Shown piece by piece: positions 26,290 through 37,587 of a stretch of DNA of 64,000 bases. The notes under the pieces are model-generated. The model was given only the letters and a program-made list of their open reading frames with translations. It did not search any database and was not told where the DNA came from. The translations under genes and the position numbers were made by a program. Numbering within the stretch: the first letter of the stretch is position 1; every line of letters starts with the position of its first letter. Origin of the DNA: Azolla caroliniana. Its lineage: Eukaryota; Plantae; Polypodiophyta. Where the stretch lies: NCBI GenBank assembly GCA_043228905.1, contig JBHGNT010000010.1, positions 11,656,001-11,720,000 of the forward strand, given 5' to 3'.

Positions 26290-27135
26290 GCAACTGAGTA
26301 TAGAATGATGGCAATGGAGGAGAGAACCCCGTCAGATTGAACAGTTACCGATGATGCTTGAAACGCACATAGAAGGCACTTGAGAATAGAGTGGCATAGA
26401 GAAGAGAACCCCGTCAGATTGAACAGTTACCAATGATGCTTGAAACGCACAGTAGCGGCCCCTGAGTGAGAGTGGAAAAGAGAAGAGAACCCCGTCAGAT
26501 TGAACAGTTACCAATGATGCTTGAAACGCACAGTAGCGGCCCCTGAGTGAGAGTGGAAAAGAGAAGAGAACCCTGTCAGATTGAACAGTTACCAATGATG
26601 CTTGAAACGCACAGTAGCGGCCCCTGAGTGAGAGTGGAAAAGAGAAGAGAACCCCGTCAGATTGAATAGCTCTTTGATTATGCTTGGAACGCACAGTAGC
26701 AACCCCTGAGTGTAGAGTGGCAAAGAGAAGAGAACCCCGTCAGATTGAACAGCTCTTTGATGATGCTTGGAACGCACAGCAGCGGCCCCTGAGTGTAGAG
26801 TGGCACAGAGAAGAGAACCCCCTCAGATTGAACAGCTCTTTGATGATGCTTGGAACGCACAGTAATGGCCCCTGAGTGTAGAGTGGCACAGAGAAGAGAA
26901 CCCCCTCAGATTGAACAGCTCTTTGATGATGCTTGGAGCGCACAGTAATGGCCCCTGAGTGTAGAGTGGCACAGAGAAGAGAACCCCGTCAGATTGAACA
27001 GCTCTTTGATGATGCTTGGAATGCACAGTAGTGGCCCCTGAGTGTAGAGTGTCACAGAGAAGAGAACCCCGTCAGATTGAGCAGCTCTTTGATGATGCTT
27101 GGAACGCACAGTAGCGGCCCCTCAGTGTAGAGTGG
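26290..27135. repeat. 81-83-bp tandem repeat, ~10 copies, upstream of the transposase
   Basis: GAGAAGAGAACCCCGTCAGATTGAACAG recurs; ORF track shows 83-bp offsets. Confidence 0.93.
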
Positions 27136-27872
27136 TGGCAGGTGGACTCGATAGGGTTTAGCAACAGTGGTAGCAACTAACCCACAGTACTCAACTAGAG
27201 ATGGCCTACGTGATGTGGCAAAGGATCATGCATAATGGACCTAGGAATTCGATATATAATTTATGGTACACATTTATGGTGCACACATCAATTTATGTTG
27301 CACATTTATGGCACTCATTTACATATGTAATTAAAACACTCTAGTATTTTCAATGGTAGTTTTTTGCATACTTAATTTATTAATGATGGCTTTTTACTAA
27401 AATGACTATTTATCAATGGTAGCTTTTTGCATAGCTAATTAGCTATGTCAAGGACGTAGCTAATTGTTTCCACTCGCATGCTTTCACCCTGAAGGTTTAA
27501 TGGAAAAGCTTAAAAACATAGAGGAGACAGAGAGAGCAGAACATAAAACTCTATTAGAAAATTAACTCTAAAACTCTGTACATACAAGGTGCTCAACAAC
27601 ATTATGTATACAAGTCCTAAGAGGACTGAGAGAGGTACAATGTACTTCAATGATCACACGAGCGTCTGACACTAACTACGAGACATTAACTACCTAGTAG
27701 TCTAGGCTACTACTAGGCTTTCGGTTACTGCTTGATCCGGCTAACCGGCTCCCTAGCTCATCGGTTCGCTTGCTCACCGGCTCACTGATCCGGCTCATCC
27801 TTCCGGATGCCGATTCGGCTCAAGCTTATTCAGCCAATCAGGATCCAGTTGAGCTTGCCGCTCAACATTTAT

Positions 27873-28744
27873 TGGCCGGATAAAACCGACTCGGAGTAAT
27901 TTGTCGATCTCTTCTTTTACCCTTACCGCATAATTAGGGTTCATTCGGTAGCGCCTTTGTGCTACCGGTTTGGCGTCTTTGCTGAGATGTATCTAATGTT
28001 GATATAGCTACGGATCCAACCCTCACATATCCTCATAGGACCAAGCAAATACGTCTCGAAATTCTTTCAATAATGTAATCATTGCCGTTTTGTTTTCGGT
28101 GACATTTCTTTGGCAATATGTATTGGTCGTGCTTGCTCTCTAGTTCCCAAGTTTGCTTCGTCTAGTTGGGACGTCTTCACCCTTTGAGATACCGCCATTT
28201 CCCGTTCCAGGGCCTCCTGTGCTTGACGTAGTTCTCTGACGGCGTCTCTATCCGGTTCCTCTCCGACATCTTCCGGTTGTGCAATATACGGAGAGACTGC
28301 TTCGGCCACATCTATTTCGAACAAGGGTACAAATTTTGGATTATCCTCGAGATACTGATCGACTTCCTCCTCGGTGAGCCCTTCCAGCATATTAACACTT
28401 TCAGCGTATAACGGTGTTAGCTCTTTGTCGGTTCCGGTTTGGGGATGTGTTAGTACCCGTACTTTGGTTTTGCCTTGTCGAAACGTAATTGCGTTCTTTC
28501 GCCAGTTTTGCTTAATGTGCGCCATCCGCAACCATGGTCGTCTAGGCAATAGTGGGTAAGCCCCTTGGGTATTTAACTGGAGAACCACCACAGAAATGCG
28601 GAATGCCTGTCCTCCAATTGTTACGTCCAGATCTCATATTAAACCGGTGGGTCTTACCGAACTCGTATCTGCCATCCGGAGCCAAAATAGACAAGGCTTT
28701 CACTCCTGGATTCCCAAGGCGTCACAAGTAAGGAGTCTAATTAC
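27873..28744 (-). pseudogene. pol: Gypsy A protease C-terminus to RT start
   Basis: FWLRMADTSSVRP, AYPLL..RPWL, DVFAWSY, YRMNPNYA, homologous to ORF 59146-62316. Confidence 0.85.
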
Positions 28745-28937
28745 CTCCGCCGATCTCTCCTTCTATGTGGTGATCTTATTCTTTCTTCTTCTCCTCTTGA
28801 GCTAAGCTTCCAAACATATCTTATTATTTCTCCTCTACTCCCTAGTCCGAGACCCTGGTGGTCCCACCCCTTCTACACGCACACGTGTAACAACGCGACA
28901 TCTTTGGTGAACCCGACATGAAGGGCGACAAGGGAGC

Positions 28938-29291
28938 ATGGAGATGGAAGAAGACTTCGACTTCGAGGAGATGATGGCAAAGATTGTGATGGAAGCCGGA
29001 CGGAAGATGGCGAAGCAAGATGCGGCTCAACAAGCTGTCGAGAGGGTGGTTGATGGAGTCGGCCGATTCAACGGGGACGAAGTCCCGAGGTTCTTGGAAG
29101 CGTACAAAGCCAAGATCACGAGGAGGGGCGTGAACAAAGTGATGCGGCTAGAATATTTTCCTCGAGTGGTGGCCGTATCAGTGCACAAAGAGGTCAAGGA
29201 GCTTCAAGAATCTCACGAGTCATGGGAGTCCTTTGAGGGAGCGCTATTGGATGCATACGGACACGCGAAACCAGAGTGGGTATGCCAATAA
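28938..29291 (+). pseudogene. gag: gag N-terminal fragment
   Basis: GRFNGDEVPRFLEAY aligns with GQFDGRNVTKFLDAY in ORF 51844-52998. Confidence 0.75.
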
Positions 29292-29392
29292 CCCGATGGG
29301 GAGTGGTCGGAAACAACGTGGCCCACGAGCGGCGAAGAAGAGGGAGTGGCGAGTGACTACGCACTACCGCTGGAAGAGAGCTCAACCTAGAA

Positions 29393-30553
29393 GTGCTAAT
29401 ACGGGAGGCATGCGAGCTTGTGAAGGCGAAAATCGAAGCCGAGGAAGGGCTTATTATGGAGTCGGGTCGGAGGCGATTGGAGGACGCGGAGGAAGAAGCC
29501 TCCCTAAGCGTAGAAGACGGTGCCTATACAGAGGCCGGGAGAGCGTGCGACGGTGACATGGGAGAGGGTGCGAAGCAAGCGACCCTCTCGTCTTGCGGAA
29601 AAGGGACAGCCATGGACGAGGCCGGTGACTACGAAGCGGGGAGCACCACTTCGAGAGTGGGCGGAGGTTTTGGGACACGATGGCCCAAAACATCGAGCGG
29701 GGAGGAGACGAGCGGTGGTGCCAAGACCTTACCCACACCGATTCTAGAGACTTTGGCATCCGGCCTGAGAGCCGGTGTGAAACCTAGAGTGATGAACGGT
29801 GGCGGCGGCAAGGTGGGTAACCAAGACGACGGGAAGGAGATCGAGGAAGAGGAGGTGGCAAGCGTAATCAACGCTTCCGCGATCGGAGACGGGGTAGCCA
29901 CGGACAACGACGTCCGGATAGAGGTGGCTATGGACATAACGAGCGGTGGTGCCGGGATCTTACCCACACCGGTCCTAGAGGCTCCGGCGGTCGGCCCGAG
30001 TGCCGACGTGAGACCTAGCGCGACGGGCGATGGCGGTGGTGGCGGCAAGGCGGGCAACCAAGATGACGACAAGGAAGAGACGACGGCAAGCGTAATCAAG
30101 GCTTGCGCGATCGGAGGCGGGGTAGCCACGAACAACGACGTCCGAACGGAGGCGGCTACAGACACAACGAGTGGCGGTGCTGGTTCCTTACCCACACCGG
30201 TCCTGGAGGCTCTGGCGGCTGGCCCGAGTGCCGACGTGAGTCCTAGAGCAATGGGCGATGGCGAGGTCAAGGCGGGCAACCGAGACGAGGATGAGGACGA
30301 GGAGGTAGCAAGCATAACCGAGGCTTGCGTAACCAGGGACGAGATAGCCACGAACCATGACGTCCAAACGAAGGTGGCTACAAACATGACATTGGCGAGT
30401 GATGGTACCGAGACTTTTCCCACACCTATTCTAGAGACTTCGGCGGTCGGCCCCGAGAGCCCACGTGAGACCAGAGAGACGGAAGGTGGCGGCGGCAAAG
30501 TGGATGATCGAAACGATGACAAGGAAGGTCATAGCGCTCGAATGCCAACATAA
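29393..30553 (+). CDS. Acidic G/A/T-rich protein with ~78-aa internal repeats, unknown function
   Basis: Open 386-aa frame; TSGGA..LPTP(I/V)LE...GP motif four times. Confidence 0.45.
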   Translation: MLIREACELVKAKIEAEEGLIMESGRRRLEDAEEEASLSVEDGAYTEAGRACDGDMGEGAKQATLSSCGKGTAMDEAGDYEAGSTTSRVGGGFGTRWPKTSSGEETSGGAKTLPTPILETLASGLRAGVKPRVMNGGGGKVGNQDDGKEIEEEEVASVINASAIGDGVATDNDVRIEVAMDITSGGAGILPTPVLEAPAVGPSADVRPSATGDGGGGGKAGNQDDDKEETTASVIKACAIGGGVATNNDVRTEAATDTTSGGAGSLPTPVLEALAAGPSADVSPRAMGDGEVKAGNRDEDEDEEVASITEACVTRDEIATNHDVQTKVATNMTLASDGTETFPTPILETSAVGPESPRETRETEGGGGKVDDRNDDKEGHSARMPT

Positions 30554-32631
30554 GACCGGAGAGAAGGGCGGTGGCCATGAGGAGGCGTGGCCCGGAGCGA
30601 ACACGTATGAAGATAAGGATGCGAGGCCCGGAACGGGCATATACAAGAGGATCGACGGAGAGGTCGGGTACGGCAAAGAGGAGAGAGTTGGGAACCGACC
30701 CGACCGGAAGATGAACCAGTCGATAATCCGACACGACTGGATGACGACGCGGAAGAAGATTGGAGCGGGGTCCGGTCAACCGGGCCCGAACCGAAGAAGA
30801 GCCCATAAGGACGGATTTGTTCAGACAAACATGTACCCGCCGGTTACGATTATGAAAGGGAGCCGACCAAACCCGAACTCAATCGGCCGAGACCGATCTG
30901 GGCGAAGGTTGAGTTGGCATGATTGGAGGTCGAGGCGAACGAGCCGCAACACCCGGTGGGAATCGGTGAGCGCGAGAAGGAGGCCAAACATGCATGAGGA
31001 GTACGACTGGGTGGGAGGCCAAGAGCGAGAGGAGACTTCCATATCTATCCTTGAGACTTTGGCGGTTGTGTATCAACGTAGCGGACGAGGATACCGCAAC
31101 GGGTATCCGATACGGGATGACGGACGAGCGGGCCCAGGACGATAAGTTGGGGTCGGAAGGGGCTACGACAACGAAGGGAGAAGAGGCCGACGCGGAGGTC
31201 GGGACTACGACGGGAGAAGCGTGTAAAACGGAGCATGCACTACGGCCGACGAAGGGCCAAGAAGCAAGCGTGCACCCGGAAGAGCGGCAACGAGTGACTG
31301 GCAACGGCAGACCGGTCAAGCCTTTGAGAGGCAAGCACGCGGCAAGAGACGGAGTGGTGAGTTGCTGGGATCGGCGGATGAACGACGAAAGCGGAGGATG
31401 GTGCGCGGAGAGCAAAGAGTTATGCACCGGGGGGAGACAAAGCGGTGTCCCGAAGGACATGCGGGGCCAAGCGGGCCAAGAGGATGCGAGTCGGGATGAA
31501 GCGGTAACGAGAGCCGCGAAGAACCTCGACACAAAGGTCGGGATGACGATACGCTCTACTATGAGAGAGCACGGAGAGCAAGGGATAATCGAGGTGCGCG
31601 TAATGGGATCACCTAAGGACCAAAGAATGAGCGTGCATTCGGAGGAGCCGCAACGAGTGGCCGATGATGACGGTCGGAGGAAGCCTTCGAGAGGCAAGCG
31701 TGGGACGATGGACGGCACAACGAGATGCCAAGATCGACAGAACGAGACGAGCGCAATCGGCATGAACGAAGGATTGTGTCTGGGAAAACGGAGGAGATGC
31801 GTGGAGAATGGAGGGTCACATACCGTGAAGAGAAAATGGGGCATCCTGAAGGATGTGTGCGGCTGAGCGGGCCAGGCGGACCAAGAGGGTGTACCTCGGG
31901 GCGAAGCGGCAACATCGGAGGTTGCGGAGGACACCGAAGACGAGAGCACCGACTTGGATGTCGGGGAAGCAACATACCTTTTCGAAAGGGTACGCAAAGC
32001 GGAGCGGAGCGAGAGACGCACGGAAAACGAAGGAAGGCAAAGAGAGGTTTGCGAAGACCGGGTCTGGCAAACCGGGTGGATGTGCGGTTTGGTGCGGGCG
32101 GATGTCGTGAAGATTTTCGTCCATAGGCGGAAACCAGGGAGGAAAGGGAAAGTCGGTGGTTTGCAACATGTGCACACGTATACTAGGAAATGGTGTATAG
32201 AAATAAGAGGGGAAATTTTATCCCACATTGTAAGGTCCCTCTCTCCTTGGGCTATAAAAGGAAGGGAGTGGTCACTTATGAAGGGTTGCCTATTTTGCGT
32301 ATGAGAGGTATACCACTTAGTCTAGAGTTCTTACCGTTTAAGGGTTAGGGTTTCATTTAGGGTTTTCCTTATTCATCTTCGGTTAGGGTTTTCTCATAGT
32401 CGTTTGGTGCGGCCCATGCGGCCACCATTGTTGTAATCATTCGTTTGTTTTAATATATCCTGTTGAGTATCTTACCTCCGCCGATCTCTCCTTCTATGTG
32501 GTGATCTTATTCTTTCTTCTTCTCCTCTTGAGCTAAGCTTCCAAACATATCTTATTATTTCTCCTCTACTCCCTAGTCCGAGACCCTGGTGGTCCCACCC
32601 CTTCTACACGCACGCGTGTAACAACGCGACA

Positions 32632-34700
32632 CCGGGGTACTAATTGTAGTAGCCGGCCTAATGGCAACGTAATTTGACATTCTTGTAACGCTTGCCATGT
32701 TGGGTTTTCTGACTGTATTGTGTCGGTGAGCTCCTTTTGTTGTTTGACTTTGGCCGCATTCCATTAATTTGTCTTCTCTACCTATTTGGTGGCCTGTTTC
32801 TGGATAACTTCTGGTGCTTCCAACTTCGTCGTCTTTCCTTTTGACCTGGTGGTGACTTGCTGTATATCCGCGACCTCTGCTAGCACCATATTGACTGCCG
32901 GTCATTTTTCATTATTTTTCACCGGGCATTGGTTGTTGTAATGGCCTTCCTGCCGGCAATAATAACAATACGCTTTCTGGGTATTGCCGGATTCTGCTTT
33001 TGGCCCAATACTTTGTTGAAATCCTATTGCTAGTCGATTAGGCTCTTCTGTTCGTCTTTGTTCTGGCTGGATGCCACTCGAGCCTCTCTTCGGCTCTCGT
33101 GGGTATTCATGTATTAAAACGTTCGTGGTTCTTGTATCCCTGTCGGTGGCGATCTTCATAATCCCCGCATTGATCCTCTCTCCTCGTCGTAATCCCCGCG
33201 CCAGTGGTTCTTGTAACTTGGAGAGTGATCACGATCAGAACGGTTACCATTATAATCCCGGTACCTGTCGTACCGGTCTCGGTCATAAGTGTCCCTTCTA
33301 TCATTGTACCGGACATCCTGTACTGGCTGGTAACGCTCGTCTCGATGCCAACGTCCTTCTTCCTCATCCCGGTCGCTGCGGGTATCGATTTGTCTTACCG
33401 GTGCGCTTGCCGGTTCAGTAAGTTATATTCGCATCGGTCCATTGTGTGTGACCTGGAATGGCATAACATGCATTGTGACTGCATGGTACATTCTATTGCA
33501 GAGTGCCCGACGTTGAGACAAGTTGTACAATGTATAACTTGCCGAAAATGTAGGTCTTCTTCTGTTGGTAATGCATGCTGGAGTGCCCCCATTGTTAACC
33601 ACAAGCTTGTTTTCTCCATCTCCCTGACCCGGTCTATGACCTGGTCGATCGTGCTAGTGTGGAAATCAATGACTGCGCACAGTGTACGTAGGGGTTCCCA
33701 GAGTGTTGCTAGGAATATTGCTTTAGCCTCTACTTTTGGTGGTGCCCGACTTAGCTGGCTGTGCTACCGCTGGAACCGGATTACGAATTGCTGAATGGTT
33801 TCTGTAGGTTCCTGCCGTATGGTCTAGAATAGGCCGACCATATCTCGTTGATCCACCTCCTTGTGGAAGAACTGTAAAAATTTGGTTTTCAAGTCCTCAA
33901 ACGTAGTGATAGTGCCAGGAAGGTGCGTCAAGCGCCATCGCGCGGCTCGTCCTTCCAAAGTCATGCCGAACTCTGCAATCTTCGATCGTTCTGCTTCAGC
34001 GGCGTTTAAGCGTTGCGACACATGCTTTGCTTCCCATGTTTGTAGAAATGCATACACATGGGTTTCCGCGTTCGGATCATCCTGATACCTGGGATATTGG
34101 AACGACATATCGTCATCCGGTGTCGAAACTCGAGCTAGTGGTACTGAAGGTCTCTCCTCCTCTTCTGTTAGAGGCTGTGTGGGAGGTTTTTTCTCCTCTT
34201 TTTTCGGAGGCGGTGTCGGAGGTCTTTCCTCCTCTTTTTTCGGCGTCGAAGGTCTCCCTCCTCCTTCGGAGGGTCGCGTGGCAGTGTCGGAGGTTGATCC
34301 GCCTCGTGCCTTCCTGAAGCTTCCAGTTCTGTTATCGCCGGTTCCGGTGTCGGTATATTATCCGATTCTTCGTCCTCTGGTTCATCTAGGGTGTCATGAC
34401 TGCTGCGGTAATTCGAATGTGCATTGTACTCGCCGTCCGAAAATGGTTTTGAATCGCCTTCTCCCACTGCTAATGCCTGCAAGATGGATTCTGCTTTCTT
34501 CAGACTAGTTAAACTGCTTCCTTCGTCTGGATGGGAATTTTGCTGCAAACAGAGTGATTCAGTAACCATTTGTCGGATCACCTTTGTAAAGGATCGATCC
34601 GCGCGGATTTCTTCTACCGCCTGGTGGTACGCGTCGTGCTTCCGCAATCTTTCGGGGAGTCGTTTCGCTCACTCTGTTACCGGGTCGTTTGTTGGTCTAG
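32632..34700 (-). pseudogene. gag: Gypsy A gag
   Basis: YPRYQDDPNAETHV.AFLQTWE, CTTCLNVGH...CMLCHSRSH, CYYCRQEGHYNNQC zinc knuckle. Confidence 0.85.
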
Positions 34701-36794
34701 TCATCCATGCCCCCCCTGTTCACTGCACTTGAGCAGGAATCATGGTTGCCAAAAATTGTGTTACTCCTTGGGGCAGGACTAGCCCTAACACAGGGTGTCC
34801 CTCTAAGACACTTCACCAAAGGGTGGTGCAAGTGGGGTAGGCGTAGACCGTGATACAAATGCATTCCTATTCGGCTACTAACCGGCGTGGTTAAGGATCG
34901 TAATACATGCGTAAGAACGATTCTATTAAGCAAAAAACGATAATTAACTAAAGCTTCAAAGATTAAACAAGATGTAGAACAACAACACTTTCATTAATAA
35001 AACGCTATCTGATTACAATCAAACCGGGTCCTTTTATAGGTCACTGACTCTGGGTTACGAACCGGTGCCAACTGGCAACTGGCCATGAATCGGTCCGGAT
35101 CCGGATCAACATACCGATTCTAGGTCCGTCCGTTCGCTTCTCAAAATATAATAATTATAGATAACAACTCCTGGTTCTAAAATAATTATCCCTTTCCCAT
35201 TCTAGACTTTATCCGGCTTTTAAGTCTTTACCGGTCAACAATACTTTTAGTAACAGGGCAAGATATAAACCTGTGTCGAGAATCTTCATCAACCATCGTA
35301 CAAAAGACACATGTACCACTACCAATGTGTCTTCGTTTTAAAGCCCTAGACAAAGGTAACCCACCAACCATAGCACACCAAAGAAACACCTTTGCATGGA
35401 ATGGAAGCTGAAACTTCCATCCTGCATCTAAAACTCTAGCATACCATTCACTTACACGGATAATGTGCCATGTATCTAAAACCTTGCTCTATACCCAAAC
35501 TCTATCCTTAACCAACTTATGGTAAACATCATTTGTGTTCACTATAAATAATGATTTCTTGTTATAAAAAAATCAACCTCTCCACGGTTCCACCACCACC
35601 AATTGTGGAATCGGTGATGATAAAATAGGCAATTGTACTATTGTTTGCCAAATCTGACCATATCTTGAAGGTATATGAAATCTACTTCTCACAGTTCGAA
35701 AAACCATCATCCCCCTCTGTGACTCTAAAATACCATCCTCCACAGTTACCAAACCTAGTTTTGCCATTCTATTAAACTTTGACCTTAAACTATCTTTTCC
35801 ATCCTATTGTAATAATCTTGAAGATGCTATCACCTCTACTGGCAAAGAGTTGCAATCTTTTCTACAATCAGGTGGTTTCCAATTGAACAACTTCAAACTT
35901 TTTTGCCAAGAGACCACTAAATATTGAACAGTAGTAGAGAACATCTAAATGATCCAGTGCTATTAATAACATGCCACCATGAAGTTCTAGTTTTTGTTTT
36001 CCACGTTGTATCCCCACTTTCTCCACACAATAACAAATTATCTCAGCCCATGGTTGAGAACCTGAACACATCTCTTTCAAGAGACTAAACCTTTGAGCAA
36101 CCAGATGATCTTCCAAATTGAGTAAACCGGCTCCTCAATGTTTCAGGGTACATATATGAATCCATGAAACCCAACTGATACCAATGTTGGACTCTTTCTT
36201 CCATAATGTATACCTAAGAGCACGAGCCAAGTGATCAAGTGATTTCTTTGTCCAAGGCAACAAAGGCGAAAAATATGAAATCATTGGAATCATAATTGCT
36301 TGCACCACTTTGAGACGAGTAGCAAACATCCAAGCTTGGGACGTCCAATATATATCTGCTATGGTTCTAGAAATCCAAATTAGGCTTTGATTTGGTGAAA
36401 TATCCACACCAATCGGGTAGCCCAAATGTCGACAAATCTTCCCTTTATCTAATGTGCGGCCACTCCAACCAAGATTAACCAAATCTTGTTTAGTGCATCT
36501 AATCAACAATGACTTGTGCATATTAATATGTAAACCTGATGCTAAGGCAAACACCTTCCACACCTCCATGGCTTTGGCTATGTTATTGGGATGCGCCTTG
36601 AGAAACAAAAAAGAATCATCTGCCAATGCTTGAGCTATCAGCTGATTCCTTGAGGGTAAAACAAGTCCCACTATATCTCGACATATCGCTAACTCATGCA
36701 TTTTAAGCTTCCTAAAAAAATAATATTTGATGCGAAGTCTACTCTTGCGTGGGGGTAGATGGGTGGTAACGCGTATTTTCAGTATGAGTGTGTC

Positions 36795-37229
36795 ATTTAT
36801 GTCTTTAAAGAAATGGTGACATTATTTGTATGGTAGTAAATTCACTATTTTAACGAACCACAAATCCTTGCAATACTTCCTCTCTGAAAAGAATTTTGAG
36901 GGTCGAAATGCATGATGGGCAGAGTTGATTCAAGACATTGATTTTGAAATTAGATATCAAAAAGGGGCTTTGAATTCCATTGCAGATGCCTTGAGAAATA
37001 TTCTAGAAATTAATGCCCTAAGTTTCGTGGAATTTAACGACTTATTTGATTTGATCCGGGGTAAACAAAAATACATTGATGACAAAACATTTTCCAAGTT
37101 CTGGAAGAGAGCTGAAACAGGTATTGACGTCGATTATGGAACCACATCTACCCCGAAGAACCTTTACTATGTTGCGAATGGGTTATTCTACCGCAATAGT
37201 AAGGTTTGCATACCACACATAAAGGACAT
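36795..37229 (+). pseudogene. pol: Gypsy RNase H / pre-integrase fragment (left arm of a fold-back; continues at 46456-46552)
   Basis: [34 protein letters not shown]; rejoins as IPHIKDINNKILYESHDAPSAGHPG. Confidence 0.8.
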
Positions 37230-37587
37230 AACACGTTCGCGTTCACAAGTGGAAGGATCGCGCATAAATGGAAGGATAAGGGAAATTTTAGGGGTTTTTC
37301 AATGATTTTACAAAACACATTGATACCAGTATCATACATGTTCAAACATACTATGAAAAAGGTTAAAAATCCACTATTTTCGTGATTTAGAAGTAACTAA
37401 AAAAAGACGAATTTCAAAAAGATACATTCTCAATTTATATCACAAACTTCACAACCAATGTTATTTTATAAGAAACAATTTTTTAGAAATCATAAGAATT
37501 CAAAACACATGATTTTATATTACTCGATTTGTTACAAGCGGAATGTAGTTACACTTAATAGCCAAATATACATTCATGATCACTCCT

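Larger units (their letters stand above)
21642..27489. mobile_element. Sola2-like TIR DNA transposon, internally deleted, in the Copia 5' LTR
   Basis: 25-bp TIRs GGGT(A/G)AAAGCATGCGAGTGGAAACA, 4-bp TSD TGAA, GRG terminus; the LTR rejoins to match 14540-14983. Confidence 0.88.
14540..27867 (-). mobile_element. Ty1/Copia element inserted in Gypsy A RT
   Basis: 3' LTR 14540-14983, PPT at 14984-14998, PBS-Met ending at 21571, 5' LTR 21572-27867 (interrupted); TSD TTTAC/TTTAT; host GFIRP-(V/I)KKATWLSP rejoins. Confidence 0.93.
28741..32631 (+). mobile_element. Non-autonomous tRNA-Trp-primed Gypsy-type element in Gypsy A
   Basis: Truncated 5' LTR 28741-28900 matches 32472-32631; full 3' LTR 32103-32631; PBS TGGTGAACCCGACATGAA at 28905; no pol motifs seen. 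Confidence 0.85.
8259..35240 (-). mobile_element. Gypsy element A (non-chromovirus), full-length but decayed, with nested insertions
   Basis: 482-bp LTRs 8259-8740 and 34759-35240, perfect TSD ATACT; order gag-PR-RT-RH-INT-extra ORF on the minus strand. Confidence 0.93.
7827..36710 (-). mobile_element. 5'-truncated L1-type LINE, split into 7827-8258 and 35241-36710 by Gypsy A
   Basis: RT motif ALADDS and HLGYPIG (36135-36701); zf-RVT-like KVFLW...CVFC...EDSRHRFISCPVTKSI continues as WISISQLW across the Gypsy A TSD; A-rich tail at 7827-7843. Confidence 0.8.

Noticed and set aside
26332-27109. Cluster of similar small ORFs
   Set aside because: By-products of the 81-83-bp tandem repeat.
29629-32228. 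Long minus-strand ORFs (297 and 449 aa) as genes
   Set aside because: GC-rich shadow frames with no recognisable domain.
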